Shown piece by piece: positions 14,513-23,246 of a DNA stretch of 64,000 bases. Origin of the DNA: a virus. The notes below the pieces were generated by a model. It saw only the letters and a list, made by a program, of their open reading frames with translations. It ran no database searches and was not told the origin of the DNA. Position 1 is the first letter of the stretch, and the number at the start of each line of letters is the position of its first letter. The DNA is taken from positions 2,722 to 66,721 of IMG/VR virus record IMGVR_UViG_3300032240_000979; one strand, given 5' to 3'. Made by a program: the position numbers and the translations under genes.

Positions 14513-16561
14513 TCACTTGCTAGTTGCGTGATAAACGCCGTCCCAATCTTTAGGTAAGTTTGTGGTTTTGAGTTCAAAGATTCGGCTTTCCATCATCTCG
14601 TAATACTCAATCATCTTTAAATTTTCTATTTTTAATCTATTTAAATAGATTTCCGTTTCAGTCCAGTTCATTGCGTAGTAGAACTCCATCATCTTCTTGT
14701 GGTGAGAAACAATCTTATTTGCCTTTTCATCGTTCGCAATTACAGTGTAGATTTTCACACCTTCTTTCTTACCTTTGACCGCGATGTTGTCTAGCTCTAG
14801 GAAATTGAATGAATTCTCGATGTCTTTTACGGTTTGTTCGCCAATGACGATTCCAACATGATAAGGTTTGCTTTGTCCTTCCAAGCGAGATGAGAGATTG
14901 ACTGCATCTCCAAGGCAAGTATAGTCGAAACGATTTTCTGAACCCATGTTTCCAACTACAACGGAGCCAGAATTGACGCCAACGCCAATAGAAAGTTGCG
15001 GCAATTTTTCCAACGCGAGTTGTTTATTTAGCTCGTCGAGTTTCACGAACATCTCAACAGAGCACTCAATAGCTAATTCTTTGTGGCGCGCTACATCAAC
15101 AGGTGCGTTCCAGAAAGCCATAACTGCATCGCCAATTAGTTTATCAACAGTTCCATCTTTGCTCATAACTAATTTCAGCATAGGAGTCATGTAACGGTTT
15201 ATCAGAGAAGTTAAACCTTGCGGATCAGTCTTGAAGTGCTCGCTGAGTGCAGTGAAGCCGCGAACGTCAGAGAAAAGGATTGTCAAGTCTTTAGTTTCGC
15301 CGCCAAGTTTTAATAGTTCTGGATTAGATTGTAGTTTCTTGACCATTGCAGGAGCAAGATAGTGTTCAAACTGCTTTCTAATTTGTTGTTTCTGTTTAAA
15401 TTCATTGATAAATCGCATGAACGCAGACACAGAGAAGCAGATGAAGAGAGCGGCAACTATCCAACTATAATCAAAGAGCAGTCCATTGCCAAAGGCTTTG
15501 ACGCCATAAATGACTGGCGCAAGCATCAAACCGATGGATAATCCAGCGCAAACTAAGTAATTCAGCCAAATGAACGCGACTATAACTAACAATGCAGCAA
15601 GAGTGCCATACAGAACCTCGTATAAATTAAATTCAGACGGTCTTTCGAGTCTTGAGTCATCTAGCAGCATTTGAGCGGCAAATAGCGGTATTTCGTAACC
15701 ATTCTTGATATTAACCGATGTTGCGACAGTGTTGGAAAGACCTTCTGCTGTTGGCGCAATCATCACGATCTTGCCTTTAACTGCTGACCAATCTTCTTTC
15801 GTGAATGAAAAAGAATCGAAGGTGTATTTGAAATTAAGCCAAACCCGCCCATTCTCATCAGTTTTAATTGTTTTAAATTTAGGAATACGAACAGCAGATA
15901 CGCCAGCTTGATTAACTTTTGCTTGGTAACTTGGGTCATTTGAAGCTACGCGCAAAATTTCTAATGGCAGTGTTGGGTAAAACTCTTTGTTCATTTGAAC
16001 GATCAACGGCAATCTTCTTACTACGCCATCAACTTCGGGCGCAGTTAAGAGCATACCAACGCCAGCCGCAACTTCACCAAGTTCTTTTGTCGGCCCAATC
16101 GCAGCAGAGTAATCAAATAGCCAATCATTGATGCCGCTGCCAACAACTGCTACGCCTCTTGGCACAGGCGAGCCTTTTCCTTTATTTGCCGCAGATTGAC
16201 TAATGATTACAGGATATTTGCCAAAAGTTTCTTTTAGTGCGGCGTCTCCGTTGAATCGGTCATTCTCAGCAAAAATAATTGGTAGCACAACAATTTCTGC
16301 ACCGTTATCAAATGCTTTTGTTATTGCGTCAGCTAAGATTTGTCTTGGGAAAGGCCATTGACCATGCTTCTCAAGAGTCTTCTCATCTATCTCAACAACT
16401 ACAACACTTTCGCTTTTTACTTTCTCTTGAGTGATTTGATAGTAGTCTAACGTTTTTAGCCTCGCAGTCTCAATGAAAAATGGGTCTTTAACTCTTAAAG
16501 CTACTAGACAAATTAAAACTAACAGTGATGCTATTGCTGTATAGATTTTGTATTTCTTCAT
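14513..16561 (-). CDS. CHASE2-domain class III adenylate cyclase
   Basis: N-terminal TM, CHASE2 (VVVEIDEKTL..GQWPFPR, DGVVRRLPL), three TM helices, then catalytic TILFSDVRGFT, DKLIGDAVMAFW and DYTCLGDAVNLSSRLEG; Lys/Thr specificity residues favour ATP. Confidence 0.93.
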   Translation of the reverse strand: MKKYKIYTAIASLLVLICLVALRVKDPFFIETARLKTLDYYQITQEKVKSESVVVVEIDEKTLEKHGQWPFPRQILADAITKAFDNGAEIVVLPIIFAENDRFNGDAALKETFGKYPVIISQSAANKGKGSPVPRGVAVVGSGINDWLFDYSAAIGPTKELGEVAAGVGMLLTAPEVDGVVRRLPLIVQMNKEFYPTLPLEILRVASNDPSYQAKVNQAGVSAVRIPKFKTIKTDENGRVWLNFKYTFDSFSFTKEDWSAVKGKIVMIAPTAEGLSNTVATSVNIKNGYEIPLFAAQMLLDDSRLERPSEFNLYEVLYGTLAALLVIVAFIWLNYLVCAGLSIGLMLAPVIYGVKAFGNGLLFDYSWIVAALFICFSVSAFMRFINEFKQKQQIRKQFEHYLAPAMVKKLQSNPELLKLGGETKDLTILFSDVRGFTALSEHFKTDPQGLTSLINRYMTPMLKLVMSKDGTVDKLIGDAVMAFWNAPVDVARHKELAIECSVEMFVKLDELNKQLALEKLPQLSIGVGVNSGSVVVGNMGSENRFDYTCLGDAVNLSSRLEGQSKPYHVGIVIGEQTVKDIENSFNFLELDNIAVKGKKEGVKIYTVIANDEKANKIVSHHKKMMEFYYAMNWTETEIYLNRLKIENLKMIEYYEMMESRIFELKTTNLPKDWDGVYHATSK

Positions 16562-17730
16562 CTCTGAGTAATGTAAACTTTACTTTTTTCACCGTAGTTT
16601 AAAACGTAAGCTTGACCATTAACAGTAACGGTAAAGTTAGCGTCGTATTTGGTGGTAAATTTGATTAGACCTTTATCAGTAGATAGAGACAATGAAGCGT
16701 ATTTTCCGTCAGTAGTAAATCCGTTGTTAACAGTAGCTGTTGCTGATATTATATTATTTGTCTGAATTGGATTCATGATTGAAGGCACTTCAACTTTAGG
16801 AGCTTCTTGAACTGTGGCAAAATTTGCAATAGTTGCAGGAACTTCGACTTTTGGAGCTTCTATTTTAGCGTCCAGTTTTATTTGAACAACCTCCGCTACT
16901 TGTTTAGGCGGAGGCGGAGCATCTGTTGTTGTGCTTGCGGCTTCTGTTACCGATTCAGAAACAGTTTGTTGTGCTACTTGAGTTTTAGTATCGGCGGTTT
17001 TTTTATTTGATTTATCGTCTTTCTTGTCTTCGACTTTATCTTTTTCAGACAAAACTTTTTTTGTTTCTTTGCTATTCTTTGTGATAGATTTATTACTCTC
17101 TACCAGAAGACTATTATTAATCTTAGACTCATCATTTAAATCTAGAACAACTGGCGCTGTTGGATTAGAGAAAGCAGACGAAATGAATGTTGCTTGGTAA
17201 GCCTGATTCAACACAACTGTACCACTAAAACTGCTAACTTCAATCGAGCCTACAACTGGCGGCAAACCAGTTAACGATGGAAGAGACGGCAAAAGAACAA
17301 TTAAACTTTTACCGTCTTCTCCTACGCTCATAGAGAAATCAGTTCCTCTAACTGATACAACAGCAGTTGGAGTTTTGATTTTTATATTTTCTCTATTATT
17401 CTTTGCTATTAGTCCAGAAGTATATCTGACTGTTCCTGATGCAGCTTTGATTGATAAAGAACCTTTGCCGCTAGATGGATCATAAACAAACTCGTCGATT
17501 TTTAATTTAGAGAACTCTGTAATCTGGACTCTTGTATCGTCTTCAAAAGTAATGCCAACGCGAGATTGAAGTGTTTCGATAGTATCGAACATCTCAACCC
17601 CAACGTTAGCTTTACCATCAATCTTGCTCTTATCTCTGGTAATTTGAGTTGGGCCAGTAGCCTCTACTATTTTACCAGATGAACCAAAAAGAGATAAAGC
17701 CGTTAATAAAAATATAACGGCAAATCTCAT
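16558..17730 (-). CDS. secreted FecR-domain protein with long low-complexity linker
   Basis: Signal peptide; DTIET...ITFEDDTRVQITEFSKLKIDEF...IKTPTAVVSVRGTDF FecR signature; K/E/T/P/A-rich linker; beta-rich C-terminus. Confidence 0.85.
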   Translation of the reverse strand: MRFAVIFLLTALSLFGSSGKIVEATGPTQITRDKSKIDGKANVGVEMFDTIETLQSRVGITFEDDTRVQITEFSKLKIDEFVYDPSSGKGSLSIKAASGTVRYTSGLIAKNNRENIKIKTPTAVVSVRGTDFSMSVGEDGKSLIVLLPSLPSLTGLPPVVGSIEVSSFSGTVVLNQAYQATFISSAFSNPTAPVVLDLNDESKINNSLLVESNKSITKNSKETKKVLSEKDKVEDKKDDKSNKKTADTKTQVAQQTVSESVTEAASTTTDAPPPPKQVAEVVQIKLDAKIEAPKVEVPATIANFATVQEAPKVEVPSIMNPIQTNNIISATATVNNGFTTDGKYASLSLSTDKGLIKFTTKYDANFTVTVNGQAYVLNYGEKSKVYITQR

Positions 17731-18446
17731 TAAGGAATCGGAGGTAAACTAGCAGCAGTTGTGCTTTGCTGAATGGTAACTGTATTGAAGCTGCCAGTCA
17801 AATTGTAGTTCAAAGTTTGCTTTTCTGAACCTGCTTGCTGGAAGTTCATTGTGTTTGAGCTTCCTAAAACAGTTACGACTTGACTGTGACCACTGCCAGC
17901 AGCGTTACCGCCCGGATTACCTGCCTGAGTTGTAGTCAATGTGTTGTTGGAACCAGTGATGAGGTAGTCTAGTTTATTATATTTGCCATCATCAATTCCA
18001 ACTTTCATTGTGTTGCTGCTACCAGTTACGACAAATTTAACATTACCGTCAACAGTAGTGGCTTTATCGGTGCTATTTGGCGTAGCATCTTTGTTGAGCA
18101 AGAATGAATTTGAGTTGCCAGTAAAGGTTAAGTCAATATTGTTATTTGCTCCATTGGTAAACATCTTTAGGTTATTGCTATTACCAGTAGTAATAGATTT
18201 GAGTGTCAGGTTGTTACCAATCATAGAAAAGTTAGCATCGTTGTTGTCTCCAACTTGTCTCATCTCAAAAGAGAGGTTGTCGGATGTTATTTCGCTGGGT
18301 GTGCCAGACGAACCAATTTTGTTAACGCTACCAGTTTGAACAATAGTTGTTGTACCAGTAGTGGTGATTTGGTTGATGTAGATTTGATTCTGCCCAAAGC
18401 AAAGGGAGAATAAAAATACATATAAGGCTAATAGTTTGATTTTCAT
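17730..18446 (-). CDS. curlin-like (CsgA/CsgB-related) repeat protein
   Basis: Signal peptide followed by repeated (Q/T)xGxxN units at about 11/22 aa spacing (QTGSVN, QVGDNN, TGNSN, TGSSN, TGSNN, LGSSN, TGSFN); adjacent to csgG. Confidence 0.75.
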   Translation of the reverse strand: MKIKLLALYVFLFSLCFGQNQIYINQITTTGTTTIVQTGSVNKIGSSGTPSEITSDNLSFEMRQVGDNNDANFSMIGNNLTLKSITTGNSNNLKMFTNGANNNIDLTFTGNSNSFLLNKDATPNSTDKATTVDGNVKFVVTGSSNTMKVGIDDGKYNKLDYLITGSNNTLTTTQAGNPGGNAAGSGHSQVVTVLGSSNTMNFQQAGSEKQTLNYNLTGSFNTVTIQQSTTAASLPPIP

Positions 18447-19237
18447 TGTTTTTGAGGGGTTTTGTATTTCCAGAATCCCGATTTCTCTCCTTGATCTACT
18501 ATCTCTATTACTGCTTGTTCAATAGCACTTCTAACAGCTATTGTATTTGGTTCGTTGGCAGTTAATCCAAGTTCAGATTCCACAGGAGTTACACCGTGTT
18601 CGTAGAACTTGAATAGATTGCCTGAAACCGCGACACTAGAAATTGTTTTAGTTACAGCTACACTGAGTAATATCTCACCTGTTTGTACGCTAACAAAACG
18701 AAGTGATACTGTAACAACATCTTTACGATATTGAGAGTTTGCGGATATGCCAAGAACACTTGCACCAACTCCACCAGTAATTATGTTAGTGTCATAGCCG
18801 ATGATGCCGCCTTCTGCAATGATGCCAGCAAACAGCATAGGAGAGAGCTTTTCGGCGTCTCTACCTTGAAAGGTTTCTCTTGTTTGGTTGATTAGTTGCC
18901 GTTCTCTGATGATATTATCCAAACTGGTGCGCTCTAGCACCTGAAACCATTTGCCACTTCCAGCCACGCGTAAAGCGTCTATAAGCCAACTTTCCGCGCC
19001 TTGTGTGACTGCGGACGAAAAAGAGGCGTATGAATCTACAGTTTTGCGTTGACCAGTCTTATCGACGAAGGAATAGACCGCAATGCTGATTCTAGGACTC
19101 TCAGGAGGCGGTAGATTGCGTAACTGCTGTTCCAAAGGTGGAGCTTGCAGCTTAGGTTTTTCTAATATAACAGGTTTTTGCGGAAAAGATGAGCAACCTG
19201 CTAGTAAAAGAATGAAGAATGGAGTAAACCACTTCAT
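18443..19237 (-). CDS. csgG: curli secretion outer-membrane channel lipoprotein CsgG
   Basis: Lipobox LAG-C; AVYSFVDKTGQRK, FSSAVTQG, SGKWFQVLER..LDNIIRERQLI, EGGIIGYDTN and QYRKDVVTVSLR motifs. Confidence 0.95.
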   Translation of the reverse strand: MKWFTPFFILLLAGCSSFPQKPVILEKPKLQAPPLEQQLRNLPPPESPRISIAVYSFVDKTGQRKTVDSYASFSSAVTQGAESWLIDALRVAGSGKWFQVLERTSLDNIIRERQLINQTRETFQGRDAEKLSPMLFAGIIAEGGIIGYDTNIITGGVGASVLGISANSQYRKDVVTVSLRFVSVQTGEILLSVAVTKTISSVAVSGNLFKFYEHGVTPVESELGLTANEPNTIAVRSAIEQAVIEIVDQGEKSGFWKYKTPQKQ

Positions 19238-19239
19238 CC

Positions 19240-19695
19240 TTAACCACCTCCTGGTTTGAGGACTCCAACAGGAAGCTGAATTTGCGTAGAGCTACCTGTC
19301 GCTGGGTCGTTGATATAAAGCGTTACTAAATCGCCGTTCTTCTGCCAAGTAACGGTCGCGCCACCTTGTAAATTGATAATACCAAACGTTTCGCCGTTTG
19401 AATTGAAAATCTGATCTGTAACTTGCGAGGCTAATTGAGAATAAATTCTTGCCTGTAAGTTATTTATGAATGTATTAAGCGGAGTATTTGTAGATTGAAT
19501 CTTTTGTTGTTCAAGATCAGCTTTTAAGTTATCCTTAACAGCTTGCTTACGAGTTCTCGCTAAATTTTCTACGGTGAGAGCGTGTCCAGAAAAGTTAACT
19601 CCGTTGAAAAACGGAGACTTGAAGGCATGAACCATCTCGCTTCCATGCGAGCTGGAAATAAAAATAAATAAAATTAGAAAAAATGCCTTCTTCAC
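19240..19695 (-). CDS. csgF: curli assembly protein CsgF
   Basis: Signal peptide then SEMVHAFKSPFFNG (compare CsgF N-terminal FxFxNPxFGG), FINNLQARIYSQLA and DPATGSSTQIQLP; directly upstream of csgG. Confidence 0.88.
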   Translation of the reverse strand: MKKAFFLILFIFISSSHGSEMVHAFKSPFFNGVNFSGHALTVENLARTRKQAVKDNLKADLEQQKIQSTNTPLNTFINNLQARIYSQLASQVTDQIFNSNGETFGIINLQGGATVTWQKNGDLVTLYINDPATGSSTQIQLPVGVLKPGGG

Positions 19696-19706
19696 CTATC
19701 ATACAA

Positions 19707-19712
19707 TTACAC
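19707..19712 (-). promoter_or_regulatory. GTGTAA motif heading the csg/FecR/cyclase operon
   Basis: 11 nt upstream of the csgF GTG; overlaps the upstream stop codon. Confidence 0.55.
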
Positions 19713-20369
19713 TTTTTTATCAGATTCTTTGAATTGATAGAAGTAATCGTCATTATCTAAAGCGACCCACTTGCCTTTACCTTCGCAAGTGAACTCTTTA
19801 TCAAAGACTTTCCAATTTGGCTTTTCTAATTTTTTAGCGATGAAAGCGCCGCCATCTTTCCAGACAACTCTATTATTTGGCTGAAAGAATAATTGATTAC
19901 ATTCTTTACCTGTTGAGTCTTGAAGACCCCAAATAAGATGGCCGCATTTGTGTCCTCCAGCCATTTCAGAATATCCAAACGCAGCTTCGGGATTATCATG
20001 CCAATCTATCGTGAATAAGTATTTGCCTTTAATCCATTCGTGATTCTTCAACTGAATTTCAACAGCGGCGTTTTTATGATACTCGTATCTTGTTACCGAC
20101 AAACAATTTGAGTAACAATCCCAAAGTTGCAACCAATCTAAAGGATAATTAGAGTGTTCAGGATTGAGTGTTAAATAATGAATCGGCACTCTGTCATGTC
20201 GAGAGCCATACTCTGTCATTATTTGAAACGTAAGACAGCGGCGAGTTAATGAGGTAACTCCGAAAACTTCACACGAAATATACTCTTTTTCAGCTTTAGT
20301 ATGATTATAAAGAAAGTCGCTGCTTAAATAAGCATGAAAAACAGGAATATTAGCGTTTAAGTATGGCAT
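19707..20369 (-). CDS. conserved hypothetical phage protein
   Basis: YLNANIP, LQLWDC, YLFTIDW, HKCGH and QPNNRVVW motifs typical of an aquatic-phage family. Confidence 0.8.
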   Translation of the reverse strand: MPYLNANIPVFHAYLSSDFLYNHTKAEKEYISCEVFGVTSLTRRCLTFQIMTEYGSRHDRVPIHYLTLNPEHSNYPLDWLQLWDCYSNCLSVTRYEYHKNAAVEIQLKNHEWIKGKYLFTIDWHDNPEAAFGYSEMAGGHKCGHLIWGLQDSTGKECNQLFFQPNNRVVWKDGGAFIAKKLEKPNWKVFDKEFTCEGKGKWVALDNDDYFYQFKESDKKV

Positions 20370-21022
20370 TACTTAGTTTTACGCTTTTTTGCTGGTGCTT
20401 TGGACTCTTTATTTTTATTTTTAATAAACTCGCTCATATCTTCTACCTTCATAATATCTAAATTGGTAGTGATATGATCATAGAATTCAGGGAAACATTC
20501 TTTAAATAGCTTAAGATTAATAACTGTTGACTCCATAGAAGGTCTGGAGAAGGAGGAGTAAAGAGCTTTAACTGCTAATTCATCGCCTTGTATAACTGCT
20601 TCACGCAATTCTGGACATAGAAAAAGGCCAAGGAAAGAATCTTTAAAACTGTTGATTAACATTCCAATAGATAGTTCAAATTGCTTTTGATTTACAAAGA
20701 ATGTTTCAACTGGAATATTCCAGTTAACCATCGTATCATTGCCGTAATTAATACTAATCTTAAGAGTTTTTTCTTTTATCTGCGACCAAATAACTTCACC
20801 AAGATAAGGCTGGCAAACAGAGAAAAATCCAGATATTCTGTCTCTAATGTCCGCAGGAATCTCTGAATCAAATTGAGTGTTGATTGCGATTTTAGTTAAA
20901 TCAACAATAGCTTCTTTAAAGTTTTTACGAGTAACTTTCTTTTTCAAGACAGATTCAAAGTCTTTCTTTACTTTAGAAAATTCTGTAAACAAAATTGTTT
21001 CTTGTTCTTTGTAAGTCATCAT
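20369..21022 (-). CDS. hypothetical protein
   Basis: 217 aa, TAATG overlap with the next gene. Confidence 0.75.
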   Translation of the reverse strand: MMTYKEQETILFTEFSKVKKDFESVLKKKVTRKNFKEAIVDLTKIAINTQFDSEIPADIRDRISGFFSVCQPYLGEVIWSQIKEKTLKISINYGNDTMVNWNIPVETFFVNQKQFELSIGMLINSFKDSFLGLFLCPELREAVIQGDELAVKALYSSFSRPSMESTVINLKLFKECFPEFYDHITTNLDIMKVEDMSEFIKNKNKESKAPAKKRKTK

Positions 21023-21045
21023 TATTGGATTTCCTTATTTGCTAA

Positions 21046-21360
21046 TTAGCTTTTCCATCCAGAGTCAGGTTGCTGAAAAGAGTGAAGGGTAATCATACAG
21101 TCGCAAACATAATCTTGCGTTGCAAGCCAACCGAGAACTCTTAATTTTTCAAGACCGAATCCAATATTCTTAACTTCCATTTCAAATCTTCTTGGAGTTT
21201 CGATTGGAAGACCTTCTTCGGATAATGTAATGAGAAGCATTAGTTTTGTATCATCGAGATCATTTGTAGAAATAATCGAGGCTTTGTAAAGTGTAAGCTC
21301 TTGAATGTTAAGATGCTTGCGTGATTTCTCTGTAAGAGCGAATGTAATATCGTATTTCAT
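21046..21360 (-). CDS. hypothetical protein
   Basis: 104 aa, ATGA overlap with the glycosyltransferase stop. Confidence 0.7.
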   Translation of the reverse strand: MKYDITFALTEKSRKHLNIQELTLYKASIISTNDLDDTKLMLLITLSEEGLPIETPRRFEMEVKNIGFGLEKLRVLGWLATQDYVCDCMITLHSFQQPDSGWKS

Positions 21361-22346
21361 TTTAAGAAATTTTTAATTTTTTGGATGGCGTCAGCTTTTT
21401 CGGCAAAAGCTTGAGAGATAAATTGCTGTTGATGTTTTAATTCTTGCTCGTAATTGAGAGAAGAAGCATACTTTGTCAAGCCTTTTGACAATCTTTTTTC
21501 ATCAATCAATATGTTTGGAGATAAATTATATCCGCAATTCTTGATTGTGTTTTCGCATCCAGCGTCGAACAGCATCACAACGTCACTCATTAGAGCTTCG
21601 TAAAAACGATTAGCTAAAAACGCATAGTTGTTGTGAGTGTGCAAATCTTCAATGTAAATTGAGTATTTATATTTGCGTAAATCTTCTTCATTTTTCTTCC
21701 AAGATAGTTTGTCAACGTAAGTGCAGTTGCAGTTGATCGCTTGGAATTTCTTGACGTTCTTTGGCGAACAAGAAAGAGAAACTCCTTCTGTTAAGAATTT
21801 CTCGAAAGAAAATTGGCGATGCTTGCGATAAGTGCCGTAATAAATGATGCCGTCCTTGTCGGCAGGATTCGTAAGATTGCGCGTATCCATAATCAAGGAA
21901 TTGAGATTAACCGTGAACCACTCGACAATAAAGTCGTTCAGCTTTTTACCCGCGATGTTTTTGTTGAGAATCCAGTGGCGATAGCCGCTACGAGGATTAT
22001 TGCAGATCATGTCATACTTTAATCCATGATTGATTACGCCGTAACGAAGAAGCTGATTGTCTTCAATGTCATGGTCGTTAACGAGCCAAACATATCTGGC
22101 GTTTGGATTCTTCGTCAGAATTTCGCGGTAAGGAACATGAGGCATATACGGTGACGCATACGCGCAAATGATTACGTCATATTGGTTGGCTAAGATTTGT
22201 GGCAATTTGTATTCGCCATCCAATAAGTCTGCGCCGAGCGCCTCGGCCAGAATCAAGCTGTTACGGCAATGAACGATTGAGGTATCGTCAAACTCATTTG
22301 ACAGCGGCTTTCTCTTGCTTGTGCTTTCGATGATTAAGATTTTCAT
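21357..22346 (-). CDS. GT-B glycosyltransferase resembling T4 DNA beta-glucosyltransferase
   Basis: MKILII start; DGIIYYGTYRKHR and IYIEDLHTHNNYAFLANRFYEALMSDVVMLFD parallel T4 Bgt DVIYGGSFR and IIGDKNYNDNFITLRVWETMASDAVMLID (Bgt sequence recalled from memory); similar length. Confidence 0.65.
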   Translation of the reverse strand: MKILIIESTSKRKPLSNEFDDTSIVHCRNSLILAEALGADLLDGEYKLPQILANQYDVIICAYASPYMPHVPYREILTKNPNARYVWLVNDHDIEDNQLLRYGVINHGLKYDMICNNPRSGYRHWILNKNIAGKKLNDFIVEWFTVNLNSLIMDTRNLTNPADKDGIIYYGTYRKHRQFSFEKFLTEGVSLSCSPKNVKKFQAINCNCTYVDKLSWKKNEEDLRKYKYSIYIEDLHTHNNYAFLANRFYEALMSDVVMLFDAGCENTIKNCGYNLSPNILIDEKRLSKGLTKYASSLNYEQELKHQQQFISQAFAEKADAIQKIKNFLK

Positions 22347-22731
22347 TAAATTTTGTGAATTCGCCTTGTTCGTTTGAGTAATAAATTTCTTTAAAAATTA
22401 CATCGTTCAAAAGCTTTTGGCAGTGTTTGCAAGGTTTACCCATAGCTATTTTTTCGTTTCTGTCAATACGAAATGTAACTAAAGTATTTTTTGAGTGATC
22501 GACCTTGCCAGATTTAATGACGGCGCACGCTTCGGCATGGATGCCGCTTCCTTCAAAATAACCGTACTTTCTGTTTATCGGGTGAGACTTGTTTGAGTTT
22601 CTTCCGATAGAAACAACACGATTCTTGTGCAGTATAAAAGCAAAATGACGACACCGGATTCCAGTGTCGTCATAGATAATTAGGCTTTTTGCTAAATTTA
22701 CGAGGCGATCAAACTTCATTGGAAGCTGCAT
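22294..22731 (-). CDS. Zn-dependent cytidine/dCMP deaminase-family protein
   Basis: HAE (IHAEACA) and PCxxC (KPCKHC) motifs. Confidence 0.88.
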   Translation of the reverse strand: MQLPMKFDRLVNLAKSLIIYDDTGIRCRHFAFILHKNRVVSIGRNSNKSHPINRKYGYFEGSGIHAEACAVIKSGKVDHSKNTLVTFRIDRNEKIAMGKPCKHCQKLLNDVIFKEIYYSNEQGEFTKFNENLNHRKHKQEKAAVK

Positions 22732-22755
22732 TTAATGCAAACTTCGCAACCTGTG

Positions 22756-23244
22756 TCAAGAGCTTTTTCTATAAATAAGTTTTAAAAACAACTCGCTTTC
22801 TTCGTTAACTTCCTCGAAACCATAAGATTTAATTAATTTCAAATAAGACTCAAATCTTTTTCGCTTTTTGAATACATGAACAGTAATTTCATTGTATTTA
22901 GATATTTCTAGATAGTTAGTAAAAGCTTTCTTAATTTGTTCTGTTTGGTGGATAACTTTGGGGTCAGAGAACATATAAGTAAATTCGGCAGATACGCTAG
23001 TTGTTTCTCTGAACACTAATGCGCCAAAAATCTTACTTTTATCGTCTTTAAACACGCAAGATGTTCTAAAGTTGTTTTGAAGATTTAAAGATATTTCCTT
23101 AAAAAATAACGAAGGAGAAGCTATTGTGGTAATACCAAAGGAAGCTTGAGCTTTTACAGCTAACCTTAAAACGTCAGGCAAATCAGATAAACGCATTGGC
23201 ATTACCGTAAATGCGTCTATTTTTATATGGTTTTTCTGACTCAT
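22756..23244 (-). CDS. GNAT-fold protein
   Basis: PMRLSDLPDV start, KIFGALVF strand and LIKSYGFEE C-terminal GNAT pattern; acetyl-CoA loop not obvious. Confidence 0.5.
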   Translation of the reverse strand: MSQKNHIKIDAFTVMPMRLSDLPDVLRLAVKAQASFGITTIASPSLFFKEISLNLQNNFRTSCVFKDDKSKIFGALVFRETTSVSAEFTYMFSDPKVIHQTEQIKKAFTNYLEISKYNEITVHVFKKRKRFESYLKLIKSYGFEEVNEESELFLKLIYRKSS

Positions 23245-23246
23245 GG

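Noticed and set aside
5511-16131. Numerous short ORFs antisense or out-of-frame within rIIA/B, uvsE, the cyclase and other genes
   Set aside because: They are fully nested in well-supported genes and carry no recognisable motifs.
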